Positions 1 to 10,001 are shown, numbered from the stretch's first letter. The stretch: 64,000 bases of DNA from Candidatus Bipolaricaulota bacterium (GCA_938091745.1 CALLJK010000009.1:8138-72137); one strand, 5' to 3'. Translations and numbers: made by a program. The notes: generated by a model not told the origin, from the sequence alone.

Positions 1-158
1 ATGACTTTAGGGCCGCCAAACTCCTTGCCCAAGATGACATGACGTCCCTTTGGCCCTAACGTGATGCGCACGGCATCGGTCAGCTTCTGCACACCCGCTA
101 AGAGCTTCTCTCGAGCATCCGCTTCAAAGATGACTTCCTTGAACTTCTTGACTGCCAT
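1..158 (-). CDS. groEL: Chaperonin GroEL, N-terminal part (runs off window)
   Basis: Manual translation [41 protein letters not shown]; AAGGAGG RBS; follows groES. Confidence 0.95.
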   Translation of the reverse strand, partial: MAVKKFKEVIFEADAREKLLAGVQKLTDAVRITLGPKGRHVILGKEFGGPKV

Positions 159-178
159 AGATCTCCCTCCTTAGAGAG

Positions 179-454
179 TTACTGAATCATCGCGAGGATA
201 TCGCTGCTCTTGACGATATAGTATTCTTCACCGTTGAACGTCAGTTTTGTGCCGGCCAAGGCCGAGAGCAAGACCTTATCGCCTTTTTGAACTTTGACTT
301 TCTCCATATCAGTTCCGACCTCAACGACCTCCGCGCGCACAAAGTCTAAGTCCTTCTTGGCCTCCTCGGGGAGGATGATCCCTCCGGCTTCCTCTTCTTC
401 GAGGCGCCGCACCAAGACTCGGCTTCCTAAGGGCTTCAACTGCAGTTTCTTCAT
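179..454 (-). CDS. groES: Co-chaperonin GroES
   Basis: LKPLGSRVLVRR...GGIILP...DILA; start moved to ATG at 454. Confidence 0.95.
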   Translation of the reverse strand: MKKLQLKPLGSRVLVRRLEEEEAGGIILPEEAKKDLDFVRAEVVEVGTDMEKVKVQKGDKVLLSALAGTKLTFNGEEYYIVKSSDILAMIQ

Positions 455-510
455 AGCTCTACCCCCTTTAATGAAAGATTTGCTTGATTGAAAGCTGATC
501 AGACGTTGAA

Positions 511-537
511 TTAGCACTCTCGCGAGTGCTTTGCTAA
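511..537. promoter_or_regulatory. CIRCE element (HrcA operator), imperfect right arm
   Basis: TTAGCACTC-N9-CTTTGCTAA versus consensus TTAGCACTC-N9-GAGTGCTAA, upstream of groES. Confidence 0.8.
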
Positions 538-547
538 GGACACCTTA

Positions 548-576
548 ATTCTACCCCATAGGGGTAAGTCTGTCAA
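548..576 (-). promoter_or_regulatory. Sigma70-type promoter of groESL
   Basis: TTGACA-N17-TAGAAT on minus strand. Confidence 0.8.
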
Positions 577-605
577 GTCTGCGCGAAAGCTAATAGAGAT
601 GTGGG

Positions 606-648
606 AAAAATAACGGAGCCCGGCTGGAGAGTCTCCAACCGGGCTTCC
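606..648 (-). terminator. Intrinsic terminator after the 664-aa gene
   Basis: Stem AGCCCGGTTGGAG / CTCCAGCCGGGCT followed by GTTATTTTT on minus strand. Confidence 0.7.
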
Positions 649-684
649 GCCCAAGGCCCCCTCCCTAAGCCCCTCTCAGCAACC

Positions 685-2679
685 TTACCAATGAGGTTGA
701 CAAGTCACTTGTTGAAATCCTCCAGCGATCGGGTTGTAAGTGTAACAGATATTGTTCTGGAGGTCGCGTACGACAGCGAAAGACAAATAGGGTTGACCAG
801 CCGCTATCGCAGCGTCGAACGCGTCTTGCAAAGTATAGAAAAATGATGCGCCTTTGTTATAGGGTGGACTTGGGAAATCAGGTACTGTCAAGCGTGCGAC
901 CAGGTTTAGTGCAGGATAAGCGAAGCTCGCCGTCGGCCCTGTGGCATCAAGCCCGGGCACCGTCCCCAAGCCGTATCGCACGATCGGCGCGACAGCCTGT
1001 CCGGAGAACGTAATCCCGCTGCTGAGCGCCAGATTGACCGTCGTGCCCGCGAAATCCTCAACATAGAGGCCCATCGGCGTGTTGGTCACCGTGCTGGTTC
1101 CAGCAAACGTAGCGGACGTTGTCCCCGACGAAGCGTAGACAGCGATCCCCGCCCAGCCAGTGCTCACGCCCGTATCGTGGACGTTCGCCGTGTCGATGGT
1201 CACGCCCGTGCTGTTTGTGAAAGAGATCCCGTTTCTGGAGACGTCCTGCACCTCGACGTTCTTGATCAGCGCTGTCGTCACTGCGATCAGATCGACGCCG
1301 CCGAGGGGTTGCCCACCCGGCTGCACCAGTCTGCCTGCACCGACAAGCTTGGCGTTCTGAATCGTGAAATTGCTCACACCAGAAACGTGGATCATGAAGT
1401 TGCGCGAGTTCCCCGCATTGAGCGTGAATTGCTCCAATGTGACGTTGCTTCCCCCGCCAGATATGTCGATGCCATAGCCGGTCGTCGTCGGATTGATCGT
1501 CACGAGCGCAATCCCCGCCCCGGTGATCGTGAGCGCCTTCGTGATGATGAGACTTTCGTTATACGTTCCTGGGCAGACGAAGATCTTCTGGCCAGCAGAT
1601 GCGGCCGCAATCGCTGCGCTGATCGTGGTGTAATTTGCACTGATCGTGGTATCAGCAGTCGCGGTATTGTCCCCCGGCGCAGGGTCTGGCTCCGTCGCAC
1701 TCACGCTCGCTGTGTCGGTTACTGCACCCGTGTACGCACAACTCCCAGCGTCGTCGTCTACAATCAGATCAATCCCCGTCGCCTTCGCCTGAACGACAAT
1801 AGTTACTGTCGCGTTGGCTCCGTTATTGATCGTCCCCAAATTGCACGTGACCGTCGTCGTCCCGCTGCATGTGCCCTGGCTGGGCGTGGCCGAGACGAAC
1901 ACTACATTTGCGGGTAATGTGTCCGTGAGCGTGACATTCGTCGCTGGATCTGGCCCGTTGTTCGTCACCGTCAATATGTAGGTCACGTTGTTCCCATATG
2001 TCACGGGATCAGGAGAGTCTCCCTTGGTGAGCGACAGATCTGCTGTGAGCAACGTGAACGTTGCCGTACAGGTCTTGTCCGCGTCCATTGTCACCTGCCC
2101 ATCGCTGCAATCAGGGTCTCCGCTCCAGCCATCAAACTTCGAGCCGGCGTCTGGGTCCGCCGTCAGCGTCACAATCGTCCCGTCGTTAAACCCTGCTACA
2201 CACGTTGTCCCGCAGTTGATGCCTGCTGGGCTGCTCGTTACTGTTCCGCTGCCTGTCCCAGTCTTCGTCACTGTCAGTATTCGGGCATTGATCGTTGTGG
2301 TTGCCTGGAGCATAGCGCTTCTGCCTGAAGCTGTCACCAGCTTCACTGTGAACGTGCACGCTCCAGGGGTCGCCCCTGTCGAATCATACGTTACCTGGAC
2401 TGTGGTGGCATTTGTTGGCCCGATGGTGATGGGATTAGCTGGTCCGTTGTTAGGGGTTGTGGTGCTGGTGAACGTTCCGCCGCAATTGGTGCTAAATATC
2501 CAGGTGAACAAGCCCTGGCTGCTGCCGGGGCCGCCGCTGGCGGTGAGCACCACGGTCGCGGGGATGATGATCGACGCGGGCAGGCCCGTCAGAGCAGTGA
2601 TGAACGGTGCGGTCGTCGTGCAGCCGAAGGCGCCCACCAGTGCCAGCAGGCTTAGCACGAAAAGACCTCTTCGAAACAT
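685..2679 (-). CDS. Secreted/lipoprotein surface protein with InlB-B-like repeat, DUF11 Ig-like domain and beta-helix
   Basis: Lipobox-like AFGC; LTVTKTGTGSGTVTSSPAGINCG repeat; ADLSLTK..DSPDPV..NNGPDPATNVTLTDTLP (DUF11); CPGTYNE plus parallel beta-helix; Thr-rich. Confidence 0.75.
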   Translation of the reverse strand: MFRRGLFVLSLLALVGAFGCTTTAPFITALTGLPASIIIPATVVLTASGGPGSSQGLFTWIFSTNCGGTFTSTTTPNNGPANPITIGPTNATTVQVTYDSTGATPGACTFTVKLVTASGRSAMLQATTTINARILTVTKTGTGSGTVTSSPAGINCGTTCVAGFNDGTIVTLTADPDAGSKFDGWSGDPDCSDGQVTMDADKTCTATFTLLTADLSLTKGDSPDPVTYGNNVTYILTVTNNGPDPATNVTLTDTLPANVVFVSATPSQGTCSGTTTVTCNLGTINNGANATVTIVVQAKATGIDLIVDDDAGSCAYTGAVTDTASVSATEPDPAPGDNTATADTTISANYTTISAAIAAASAGQKIFVCPGTYNESLIITKALTITGAGIALVTINPTTTGYGIDISGGGSNVTLEQFTLNAGNSRNFMIHVSGVSNFTIQNAKLVGAGRLVQPGGQPLGGVDLIAVTTALIKNVEVQDVSRNGISFTNSTGVTIDTANVHDTGVSTGWAGIAVYASSGTTSATFAGTSTVTNTPMGLYVEDFAGTTVNLALSSGITFSGQAVAPIVRYGLGTVPGLDATGPTASFAYPALNLVARLTVPDFPSPPYNKGASFFYTLQDAFDAAIAAGQPYLSFAVVRDLQNNICYTYNPIAGGFQQVTCQPHW

Positions 2680-2902
2680 CCTTCAGAACCTCCTTTTCGG
2701 GGATTTTTGCTTTTCAGTTTTTGAATACCGCCGCGAGCAAGCGAAATTATCACCCCCCCCTGATCAATACTCTTTTACTCTCCACTTCACTCTCGTGGAT
2801 GTCTTTTAATTATAAGGCTTTTGTGTCGAGTCGTCTTTGCTCTAGAGCAATGAGCGAAAGAGCAATATTGCAACCTATGTTTGTATTTTTTCGTATATAA
2901 AA

Positions 2903-3607
2903 CTATAACCGCGTAGCTCCCACACTTGCTAATCTCGCGGGCCAGACAATGAGCGCGTGCCGATGCCGCTCCACCATCCCGCGCTGCTCCCATGACTTTA
3001 AAATGCGATTGACTGTGTAGAGCGAGAGCCCCGTAGACGTTGCTAGCTCGTGCTGCGTGACAGGCAAGAGAGCACGATCCCCCTCGCATAAGCCCTCAGC
3101 TAAACGCCGCACAGCCCAAAAGAGCCGTTCCTCCGCAGACCCGCAGGTGAACCAATTCAGCGTCTCTATAAGGTCCACAAGCATCTGCTGCAGCACTGCT
3201 AAAGAATTGAAAGCAACTGAGGGAAACGCCTGCAGCAAGCGCATCGCGTCGTGCATATGCCAACGCAGCGCGCGCACCTCAGTAGCCGCCTGCGCGGACA
3301 CACAATATTGCGAGACCACACCGAAATAGGCGATGCGGAACGCAATCCCAGGCTTGATGAACCTCACAATGATTGGCCTGCCGCTGGGATGATGATGGAT
3401 AATCTTGACGAGGCCGTTGACCAAAAGATAGCTATAATTGGCAGGCTCCCCTTGATGGTAGAGGAACTCTCCAGCGTGGACTTCGAGGAGCCGGGCTGGT
3501 TCGGCTATTATACGTAGCTGGTCATCATTCAATCCTCGATAATACGGGCTTTGGAGTTTTTTGAGCAGTGTGACACGTTCATCGACGGACGTAGGAACAC
3601 TCCCCAT
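2903..3607 (-). CDS. Crp/Fnr family transcriptional regulator
   Basis: cNMP-type domain (GEFLYHQGEP..GLVKI) and C-terminal HTH TQHELATSTGLSLYTVNRILK. Confidence 0.9.
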   Translation of the reverse strand: MGSVPTSVDERVTLLKKLQSPYYRGLNDDQLRIIAEPARLLEVHAGEFLYHQGEPANYSYLLVNGLVKIIHHHPSGRPIIVRFIKPGIAFRIAYFGVVSQYCVSAQAATEVRALRWHMHDAMRLLQAFPSVAFNSLAVLQQMLVDLIETLNWFTCGSAEERLFWAVRRLAEGLCEGDRALLPVTQHELATSTGLSLYTVNRILKSWEQRGMVERHRHALIVWPARLASVGATRL

Positions 3608-3759
3608 GATGCTCTCTTTGTATTTTCTCGCCCAAGCTGTGTAAAAAAATAATATTATATTTGTTCTGCTCTTGTCAACCCCCATAGAGAACTGTGCACT
3701 ATGTATGCGGGACAGCGGGGCTGGACAAGAGAAGAGTCTTTCAGTACAGTGCGCTTGTT

Positions 3760-4233
3760 ATGCCATCGGGGAAGACGCATCTGCGCATCGAGCTGCTCTT
3801 GCTGCCCGTTTGGGTTGCGCTCTTTTATCTCTTTGTAGACACTTCATGGCAAGCTGGAGCTCTCTTCGCTGGGGCGTATCTCTTCTCAAGTCTTCTGCTT
3901 AGCCCTGATCTCGATTTGCGATATAATCGCAGCCGGCGCCGCTGGGGGCTTTTGGGTTTCATCTGGATTCCCTACACGAAAGTCTTCAAGCATCGTGGGG
4001 TCAGCCATAGTCTGCTCTTCGGGACTTTAACCCGTTTGGGATATCTAGGGCTGCTCGCCCTGATCATCGCTTTCGTGCTGAGCTATTTTAATATCTGGGC
4101 AATCCCCAGCGACGCGTTGTCAGCACCCCCCATTGACTTGAAGTTCTTGGGTATTCTCATCGCAGGCTTGTGGTTGCCCAATGTCATTCATACGGTCACG
4201 GATCACGTGCACAGCGCCCTGCTACGCCATTGA
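3760..4233 (+). CDS. DUF2227-like putative metal-binding membrane protein
   Basis: MPSGKTH, LSPDLD and HRGVSHS motifs. Confidence 0.8.
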   Translation: MPSGKTHLRIELLLLPVWVALFYLFVDTSWQAGALFAGAYLFSSLLLSPDLDLRYNRSRRRWGLLGFIWIPYTKVFKHRGVSHSLLFGTLTRLGYLGLLALIIAFVLSYFNIWAIPSDALSAPPIDLKFLGILIAGLWLPNVIHTVTDHVHSALLRH

Positions 4234-4291
4234 GCGCGTTTGACAACTGCTTGTCCGTTGTGGCAAAATACAGTGAACAAGGAGGTAGACT

Positions 4292-4546
4292 ATGGGTGCG
4301 CGCGAAGAGCTAGAAGCCCAACTCAAGAGCATTTTCGGGAAGGCCAAGTACCCCGTCAAGAGCGTCTTTGATCTCCTGCCGGTGCTGCCCCAGGGGCCAA
4401 TGACCAAGTTCACCGCTGGGGATAAGTCTTGGACGGCGATGGAGCTGTCGCAGAAGCTCGGCAGCCAAGCACGGTTCCCGTACAACGACGTCGATTCTCT
4501 CGTGAAAGACTTGCTCGACGGCCTCGCTGCTCGAGGAGAGCTGTAG
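4292..4546 (+). CDS. MTH865-like protein
   Basis: AKYPVKSVFDLLPVLPQGPMTKF...FPYNDVDSLV pattern; AAGGAGG RBS. Confidence 0.7.
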   Translation: MGAREELEAQLKSIFGKAKYPVKSVFDLLPVLPQGPMTKFTAGDKSWTAMELSQKLGSQARFPYNDVDSLVKDLLDGLAARGEL

Positions 4547-4561
4547 GGCTTCAGAGCGCTT

Positions 4562-5722
4562 ATGACGAGCGGAGCCGAGCGCGAGCCGGTCATCGTCGCT
4601 GCAGTTCGGACCCCTATTGGCAAGCGCGACGGATTCTTTAAAGATACTCGTGCTGATGAGATCGGGGTCATCGCCGTCAAAGGGCTGTTAGAGCGCACGG
4701 GCATTAACCCTGCCGAGATCGAGGATGTCGTCTTCGGGTGCGTCACGGCGCGCGGCGAGCAGGGGTTCAACGTCGCGCGCATTATCGCGCTCGAGGCTGA
4801 TCTGCCCATCGAGTCTGCCGGGGTGACTGTGAATCGTCTGTGCGGCTCCTCCCAACAGGCGATTCACTTTGCTGCCCAAGAGATTCTCGCTGGGGTGTGC
4901 GATTGCGCTATCGCTGGCGGGGTCGAGAGCATGACCCGCGAGCCCATGGGCTCTGACTTAGATAAGCCCCTCAACCCTAAGCTCTTAGCGAAATACGAGA
5001 TCGTCCCCCAAGGCGAATCCGCAGAGCGCATCGCTGACCAATGGAACATCTCCCGTGAAGAACTCGATGAGTTCTCGCTGCAGAGCCATCTTAAAGCTGC
5101 GCACGCCCAAGACGCTGGGTACTTCGACAGTCAGATCATCCCAGTAACTATCAATAATATAACGCTGAAGCGCGACGAAGGCGTGCGGCGCTACGCTTCC
5201 CCCGAAGAAGGGCGAGAGAAGCTTGCCAAGCTTGCCCCGGCCTTCCGCCCCACTAACGGGAAGATCACGGCAGGGAACTCGTCCCAGATCAGCGATGGCG
5301 CAGCCGCACTCTTAATTATGACCCGAGAGAAAGCTAAAGCCCTGGGCTACAAGCCCATGGCACGCTTTCGCTCCTGGGCTGTCGCTGGGGTCGATCCGAC
5401 AATTATGTTGACTGGCCCGATCCCGGCAACGAAAAAAGTCTTGCAGAAAGCAGGGCTCTCGGTCAGAGACATAGATCTCTTCGAGTGCAACGAAGCATTT
5501 GCCTCGGTGCCTATCGCGTGGGGCAGGGAACTCGACGTCCCCTGGGAGAGGGTCAACGTCAACGGTGGGGCCATCGCGCTAGGGCATCCCTTAGGAGCCA
5601 CTGGCGCGGTTCTCTTCACGAAGATTCTTTATGAGCTAGAGCGACGCGATGCCCAGTTCGGCCTAGTCACAATGTGCATCGGCTTTGGCCAGGGCATCGC
5701 CACCGTGCTCGAGCGCCTATAG
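4562..5722 (+). CDS. Acetyl-CoA acyltransferase (thiolase)
   Basis: NRLCGSS, NEAFA, GHPLGATG, CIGFGQG. Confidence 0.95.
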   Translation: MTSGAEREPVIVAAVRTPIGKRDGFFKDTRADEIGVIAVKGLLERTGINPAEIEDVVFGCVTARGEQGFNVARIIALEADLPIESAGVTVNRLCGSSQQAIHFAAQEILAGVCDCAIAGGVESMTREPMGSDLDKPLNPKLLAKYEIVPQGESAERIADQWNISREELDEFSLQSHLKAAHAQDAGYFDSQIIPVTINNITLKRDEGVRRYASPEEGREKLAKLAPAFRPTNGKITAGNSSQISDGAAALLIMTREKAKALGYKPMARFRSWAVAGVDPTIMLTGPIPATKKVLQKAGLSVRDIDLFECNEAFASVPIAWGRELDVPWERVNVNGGAIALGHPLGATGAVLFTKILYELERRDAQFGLVTMCIGFGQGIATVLERL

Positions 5723-6172
5723 CGCACTCACCGTCGGGGTGATCTCGTATCTGACGGTGCCACGCACAGCACGAGAGATGAGACACCGTTGATGCGCCAG
5801 CTGCACCGCGCGAGCGATCGCGAGATCGTGAGCCTTGGGGTCGCCCTCTATCTCTAAGTGGGGCTTGAGGACGATCTCCGTGAAATGGAACCCCTCTTCT
5901 TCGTGGGAGGAGACGCGCCCCTCCGCCTCACACTCGATCTTCTTGATGGGCAGACGCATCTTCTCAGCGACGTACGCTAATGTAATGAGATAACATGAGC
6001 ACGCTGCGGAGAGAAAGAGCTCTTCTGGGTTTGTTGGCCCACCAATCCCTCCGAACTCCTCAGCGACGGAGAAGGGCGTCCGTATGGTATGCTCTTCGTT
6101 GACGAGTTCGCCCTGGCCGTGCATCCCTCCGTGCCACCGCCCGAAGACCCGAAAGACATACTTGGTGTGCAT
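5717..6172 (-). CDS. OsmC/Ohr family protein
   Basis: NPEELFLSAACSC ... CLIS. Confidence 0.85.
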   Translation of the reverse strand: MHTKYVFRVFGRWHGGMHGQGELVNEEHTIRTPFSVAEEFGGIGGPTNPEELFLSAACSCYLITLAYVAEKMRLPIKKIECEAEGRVSSHEEEGFHFTEIVLKPHLEIEGDPKAHDLAIARAVQLAHQRCLISRAVRGTVRYEITPTVSAL

Positions 6173-6273
6173 GGGTACCAACCCCTTCATCTGAGAGTGA
6201 TTTTTCAGAATACCAAAAAGTCTCGGATCTGCCAACTCGCCCGCGCGCTCACGAGTGACTATACTTAAAAGCT

Positions 6274-8163
6274 ATGACGAGCATCGAATTCTTATATGCA
6301 CTCAAAGACTATCTGCCGGGGTTTGAGGCCCGCCCCTCCCAGCAGGCGATGCTCAGGGCGTGCGAGCGCGTCATGGGCACTGGGGGCATCTTGCTCGTCG
6401 AGGCTCCCACTGGCGTGGGCAAGACGTTCGCCTATGCGATCCCAGCTATTCTCTCAGGGAAGAGAACGATCATCTCGACGAACAAGAAAAATTTACAAGA
6501 TCAGCTCATCCAGAAAGACTTGCCCTTGCTGGCACAGGTGAAGAGCTTTCGCTTCGCGGTCGCCAAAGGGTTCTCAAACTATCTCTGTCTCCTAGCGTTA
6601 CACGGGTTTCAGCCGAAGACCCTTACAGAAGCCCAAGAGCATGCGCGACTGCTGCGCTGGGCTGACGAGACTGAAGACGGGGACGTAGATTCGCTCGCGC
6701 CGCCCAGCCCCATCTGGGATGAGATCTGCGCCGACTCTGCAGGATGTCTGAGACAAGATTGCCCCCACTACGATCAGTGCTTTTATTTTCGTGCTCGCGA
6801 GCGATGGTTCGGCGCAGATCTCTTAGTTGTCAACCATGCGCTCTTGGCAGCTGACGCCGCCCTATGGGTCGAAACCGGGCGCGGCGTGCTGCCCGACGCT
6901 GATGTGCTCATCATCGACGAGGCACACACAGTAGAAAGCGCATTTTCAGATGCGTCCACGCAGTGGGTCAGCAGATATACTCTAGAGAATCTCATGCGAG
7001 AGGTCCTCGCCCTTGACCGCCGCTTAGCTGTGAAAGCTCAGCCAGCGCTCTCGCGCTTGCAGACGCTCGCCCCAGCGTTCTTTGAGCAGCTGCGCATGCG
7101 CTATCCCTCAGAGCGCCGTCGCGTTACCGCTGAAGAGTTCGCGCTCCGCGCCGACGCTGAACTCTTGCTCCACGCGCTCGTCCAGCTCCATACAGCGATA
7201 GAAGACTTTTTGGCACAAGAAGCGCCGACACTCTTTGCGCAGAGCGACCAACGGATGCATTTGTTTCGGATTCGCAAGAGTGCGGCGCGGGTCGCCGAAG
7301 TCGGTACTACGCTGCTACGCTTTCTCGAGCCTGCTTCTACGGGCTCTCCTCTCGTGCGCTGGACGGAATCTTCTGAAAATCGTGCGGCGCTCTGCGTCGC
7401 CCCGCTCTACCCTAAAACAGAGCTTCAAGACGGTCTACTCACACGCTTTCAGTCTATTATTTTGACGTCAGCGACGCTGTCGGTCGCGGGGGACTTCAGC
7501 TATATGCAAAATCAATTGGGCGTCGAAGGCGAGACCCTGGCGCTGGAGTCGTCATTTGATTATGCGCGACAAGTCCGGCTTTATATTCACAGACTGCATC
7601 CTCCGGATCGAGGCAGTCTCTCAGAGCATTACTTGGACGAGCTCGCGCGACGCATCGCTCGGGTTATTGAGGGCACTGGTGGTGGGGTGCTCGTGCTCTT
7701 CACCAACGCGCGGGTCTTAGACGAGACTGTCCAGAGACTGCGTGAACGTATCACCCTCCCAATGCTCTGCCAAGGGGAAGGATCCCGCCCTCAGCTCTTG
7801 GCTAAATTTCGGGCCGACGGCAATGCTATCTTATTGGGCTTAGATTCTTTCTGGGAGGGGATCGACGTGCCTGGGCCGGCGCTGCGCGCCGTGATTATTA
7901 CAAAGATCCCGTTTGAAGTCCCCGATGATCCCATTCACGAAGCGCGCGTGGAGCGTCTCCGCGAAGAGGGCCGCGACCCGTTCAACGAATATATTCTCCC
8001 TAGGGCTGCGCTTAAGCTCAAGCAGGGCTTTGGGCGGCTCATTCGCACGGCGACCGACACTGGGGAAGTCCATATCTTAGACGGGCGGGTACTGACGCGC
8101 TCCTACGGCACGAGATTACTCCAAGCGCTGCCCCAGGGGATCGAGATTCGGGTTATAGATTGA
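6274..8163 (+). CDS. dinG: DinG/YoaA family Fe-S helicase
   Basis: EAPTGVGKT, Cys cluster, DEAH, SATL, EGIDVPG, QGFGRLIR. Confidence 0.9.
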   Translation: MTSIEFLYALKDYLPGFEARPSQQAMLRACERVMGTGGILLVEAPTGVGKTFAYAIPAILSGKRTIISTNKKNLQDQLIQKDLPLLAQVKSFRFAVAKGFSNYLCLLALHGFQPKTLTEAQEHARLLRWADETEDGDVDSLAPPSPIWDEICADSAGCLRQDCPHYDQCFYFRARERWFGADLLVVNHALLAADAALWVETGRGVLPDADVLIIDEAHTVESAFSDASTQWVSRYTLENLMREVLALDRRLAVKAQPALSRLQTLAPAFFEQLRMRYPSERRRVTAEEFALRADAELLLHALVQLHTAIEDFLAQEAPTLFAQSDQRMHLFRIRKSAARVAEVGTTLLRFLEPASTGSPLVRWTESSENRAALCVAPLYPKTELQDGLLTRFQSIILTSATLSVAGDFSYMQNQLGVEGETLALESSFDYARQVRLYIHRLHPPDRGSLSEHYLDELARRIARVIEGTGGGVLVLFTNARVLDETVQRLRERITLPMLCQGEGSRPQLLAKFRADGNAILLGLDSFWEGIDVPGPALRAVIITKIPFEVPDDPIHEARVERLREEGRDPFNEYILPRAALKLKQGFGRLIRTATDTGEVHILDGRVLTRSYGTRLLQALPQGIEIRVID

Positions 8164-8578
8164 GCAAGAGCTGCTGGAGCTCCAGCTTGACAGAGGCTTG
8201 CAAAGGAACAGCTTGGTAGGCTTGGTGCTGGTTCTGGATGCACTCCGGCCCGCAGACTCTCTTCTGGCGGCGCGTCAGGAGCGAGACTCCTGAGACAGTA
8301 ACTGGGTAAAGCCACAATGCGAGGCGTGCCCCCGGCACTCGCAGCTCGCGCATGATGCGCTGCGCGGCTTCTGCTCCCCAGCTCACAGATTCTTCCTCAA
8401 AGAGAAACATAGCGAATCCAAAGCTTTCACCAAACTGGGCACGGAGCAATCTCTGGGCGTCTTCGCTCTCAAAGGGCAACAACACGAATCGTTTGCGCAC
8501 GTCGAGCGCGCGCACCAGTCGCGCAAAGCCACGACAGTACGCACATGCGCCGTCGTAGATCAACAGTTTCGTTGCCAC
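8153..8578 (-). CDS. DCC1-like thiol-disulfide oxidoreductase (DUF393)
   Basis: N-terminal YDGACAYC. Confidence 0.8.
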   Translation of the reverse strand: MATKLLIYDGACAYCRGFARLVRALDVRKRFVLLPFESEDAQRLLRAQFGESFGFAMFLFEEESVSWGAEAAQRIMRELRVPGARLALWLYPVTVSGVSLLTRRQKRVCGPECIQNQHQAYQAVPLQASVKLELQQLLLNL

Positions 8579-8599
8579 GCCCTCATTGTAACATACGCT

Positions 8600-9940
8600 T
8601 CAGTAATCTTCTAAATAGCGCTCGATCTCCCAGGGCGTCACCGCGAGACGATACTCTTGCAGCTCTTTTTCTTTGGCCTCGAGATATTTTTCTACAATAT
8701 GTTCGCCAAGCGCAGCTGTGACGACTTTGTCGCGCCGGAGCGCCGCGAGGGCTTCGTCGAGGCTGCCCGGCAGTGCCCCGATGCCTCGCTCTTCGCGCTC
8801 TTCCCTAGTAAGCTCGTAGATGTTCTCCTCGACGGGATCGGGGGGTGTGAGCTTGCGCTTGATCCCATCGAGTCCGCTCACCAAGATCGCGGCATACGCT
8901 AAATACGGGTTACACGAGGGATCGGGGCTGCGCAGCTCGATGCGCGTGGACGTCTCCGGGGTGTTGCTTGCCGGAACGCGAATGAGCGCGGAACGATTAA
9001 TACGAGCCCAACTGATATTCACCGGGGCTTCGTAGCCTGGCACGAGGCGCTTGTACGAGTTCACTAACGGGTTTGCCAGCGCCGTGATCGCCCCAATGTG
9101 CTCGATGATCCCCGCGAGAAACTGCCGAGCCACTTCACTCAGCCCGTAAGGGGCTTTGGGGTCGTAGAAGGCGTTCTCGCTGCCGCGCCACAGCGAGATA
9201 TGCGTGTGCATCCCACTGCCGTTGATCCCCGCGACGGGCTTGGGCATGAACGTCGCATGGAGCCCGTGCTGCATAGCAATCGTCTTGACGACAAAGCGGA
9301 ACGTCACGATATTGTCAGCGGTGCGCAGCACGTCGGCGTAGCGAAAATCTATCTCGTGCTGGCTGGGAGCGACCTCGTGATGGGCAGCTTCGATCTCGAA
9401 GCCCATCTGCTCCAACGCCACGACGATATCGGCTCGGGCTGCTTCCCCACGGTCCAGGGGCGTAAGATCAAAATAGCTCCCGCGGTCATGGAGTTCTAGC
9501 GAAGCGCGCCCGTCGGGGGTGCGGAGGAAGAGAAAGAATTCTGCCTCCGCGCCAGCGTACATGGAGTAGCCGAGTTTTTCGACTTCGGACTGGGCGCGCT
9601 TGAGCACATAGCGCGGGTCTCCCGGAAAGGGCTGCCCATTGGGGAGCAAGACATCACAGATGATGCGCGCTGTGCGCCCGTTCCCCAAGTCCATCGTCCA
9701 GGGGTAGATCGCGAAGGTCATCGGATCGGGCCGCAAGTACATATCCGATTCGGAGATGCGCATGAACCCTTCGATAGACGAGCCGTCGAACGCGATGCCC
9801 TTCTCCAACACAGATTGGAGCCGCCCTGCAGGGATCTCGACATTCTTTGGAATGCCGAAAATATCAGTAAACTGCAAGCGCACGAAATTAATATTGTTAT
9901 CCCTGACAGCTTTTAAGACGTCTTCCTTGTGCTTGCTCAT
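8600..9940 (-). CDS. glnA: Glutamine synthetase type I
   Basis: FDGSSI, HHEVA, ATFMPKP, NGSGMH, RLVPGYEAP. Confidence 0.97.
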   Translation of the reverse strand: MSKHKEDVLKAVRDNNINFVRLQFTDIFGIPKNVEIPAGRLQSVLEKGIAFDGSSIEGFMRISESDMYLRPDPMTFAIYPWTMDLGNGRTARIICDVLLPNGQPFPGDPRYVLKRAQSEVEKLGYSMYAGAEAEFFLFLRTPDGRASLELHDRGSYFDLTPLDRGEAARADIVVALEQMGFEIEAAHHEVAPSQHEIDFRYADVLRTADNIVTFRFVVKTIAMQHGLHATFMPKPVAGINGSGMHTHISLWRGSENAFYDPKAPYGLSEVARQFLAGIIEHIGAITALANPLVNSYKRLVPGYEAPVNISWARINRSALIRVPASNTPETSTRIELRSPDPSCNPYLAYAAILVSGLDGIKRKLTPPDPVEENIYELTREEREERGIGALPGSLDEALAALRRDKVVTAALGEHIVEKYLEAKEKELQEYRLAVTPWEIERYLEDY

Positions 9941-9972
9941 CGTTAGACCCCTTCCCATTCAAAGATGGCAAG

Positions 9973-10001
9973 ATCATAGCACAATTCTCACGTTTTGTCA
10001 A
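9973..10001 (-). promoter_or_regulatory. Sigma70-type promoter of glnA
   Basis: TTGACA-N17-TATGAT. Confidence 0.7.

Noticed and set aside
1177-2809. Long antisense ORFs (246 and 273 aa) opposite the surface protein, and similar ones opposite the MTase and pstS
   Set aside because: Shadow ORFs arising from codon bias of the real genes; no recognisable motifs.
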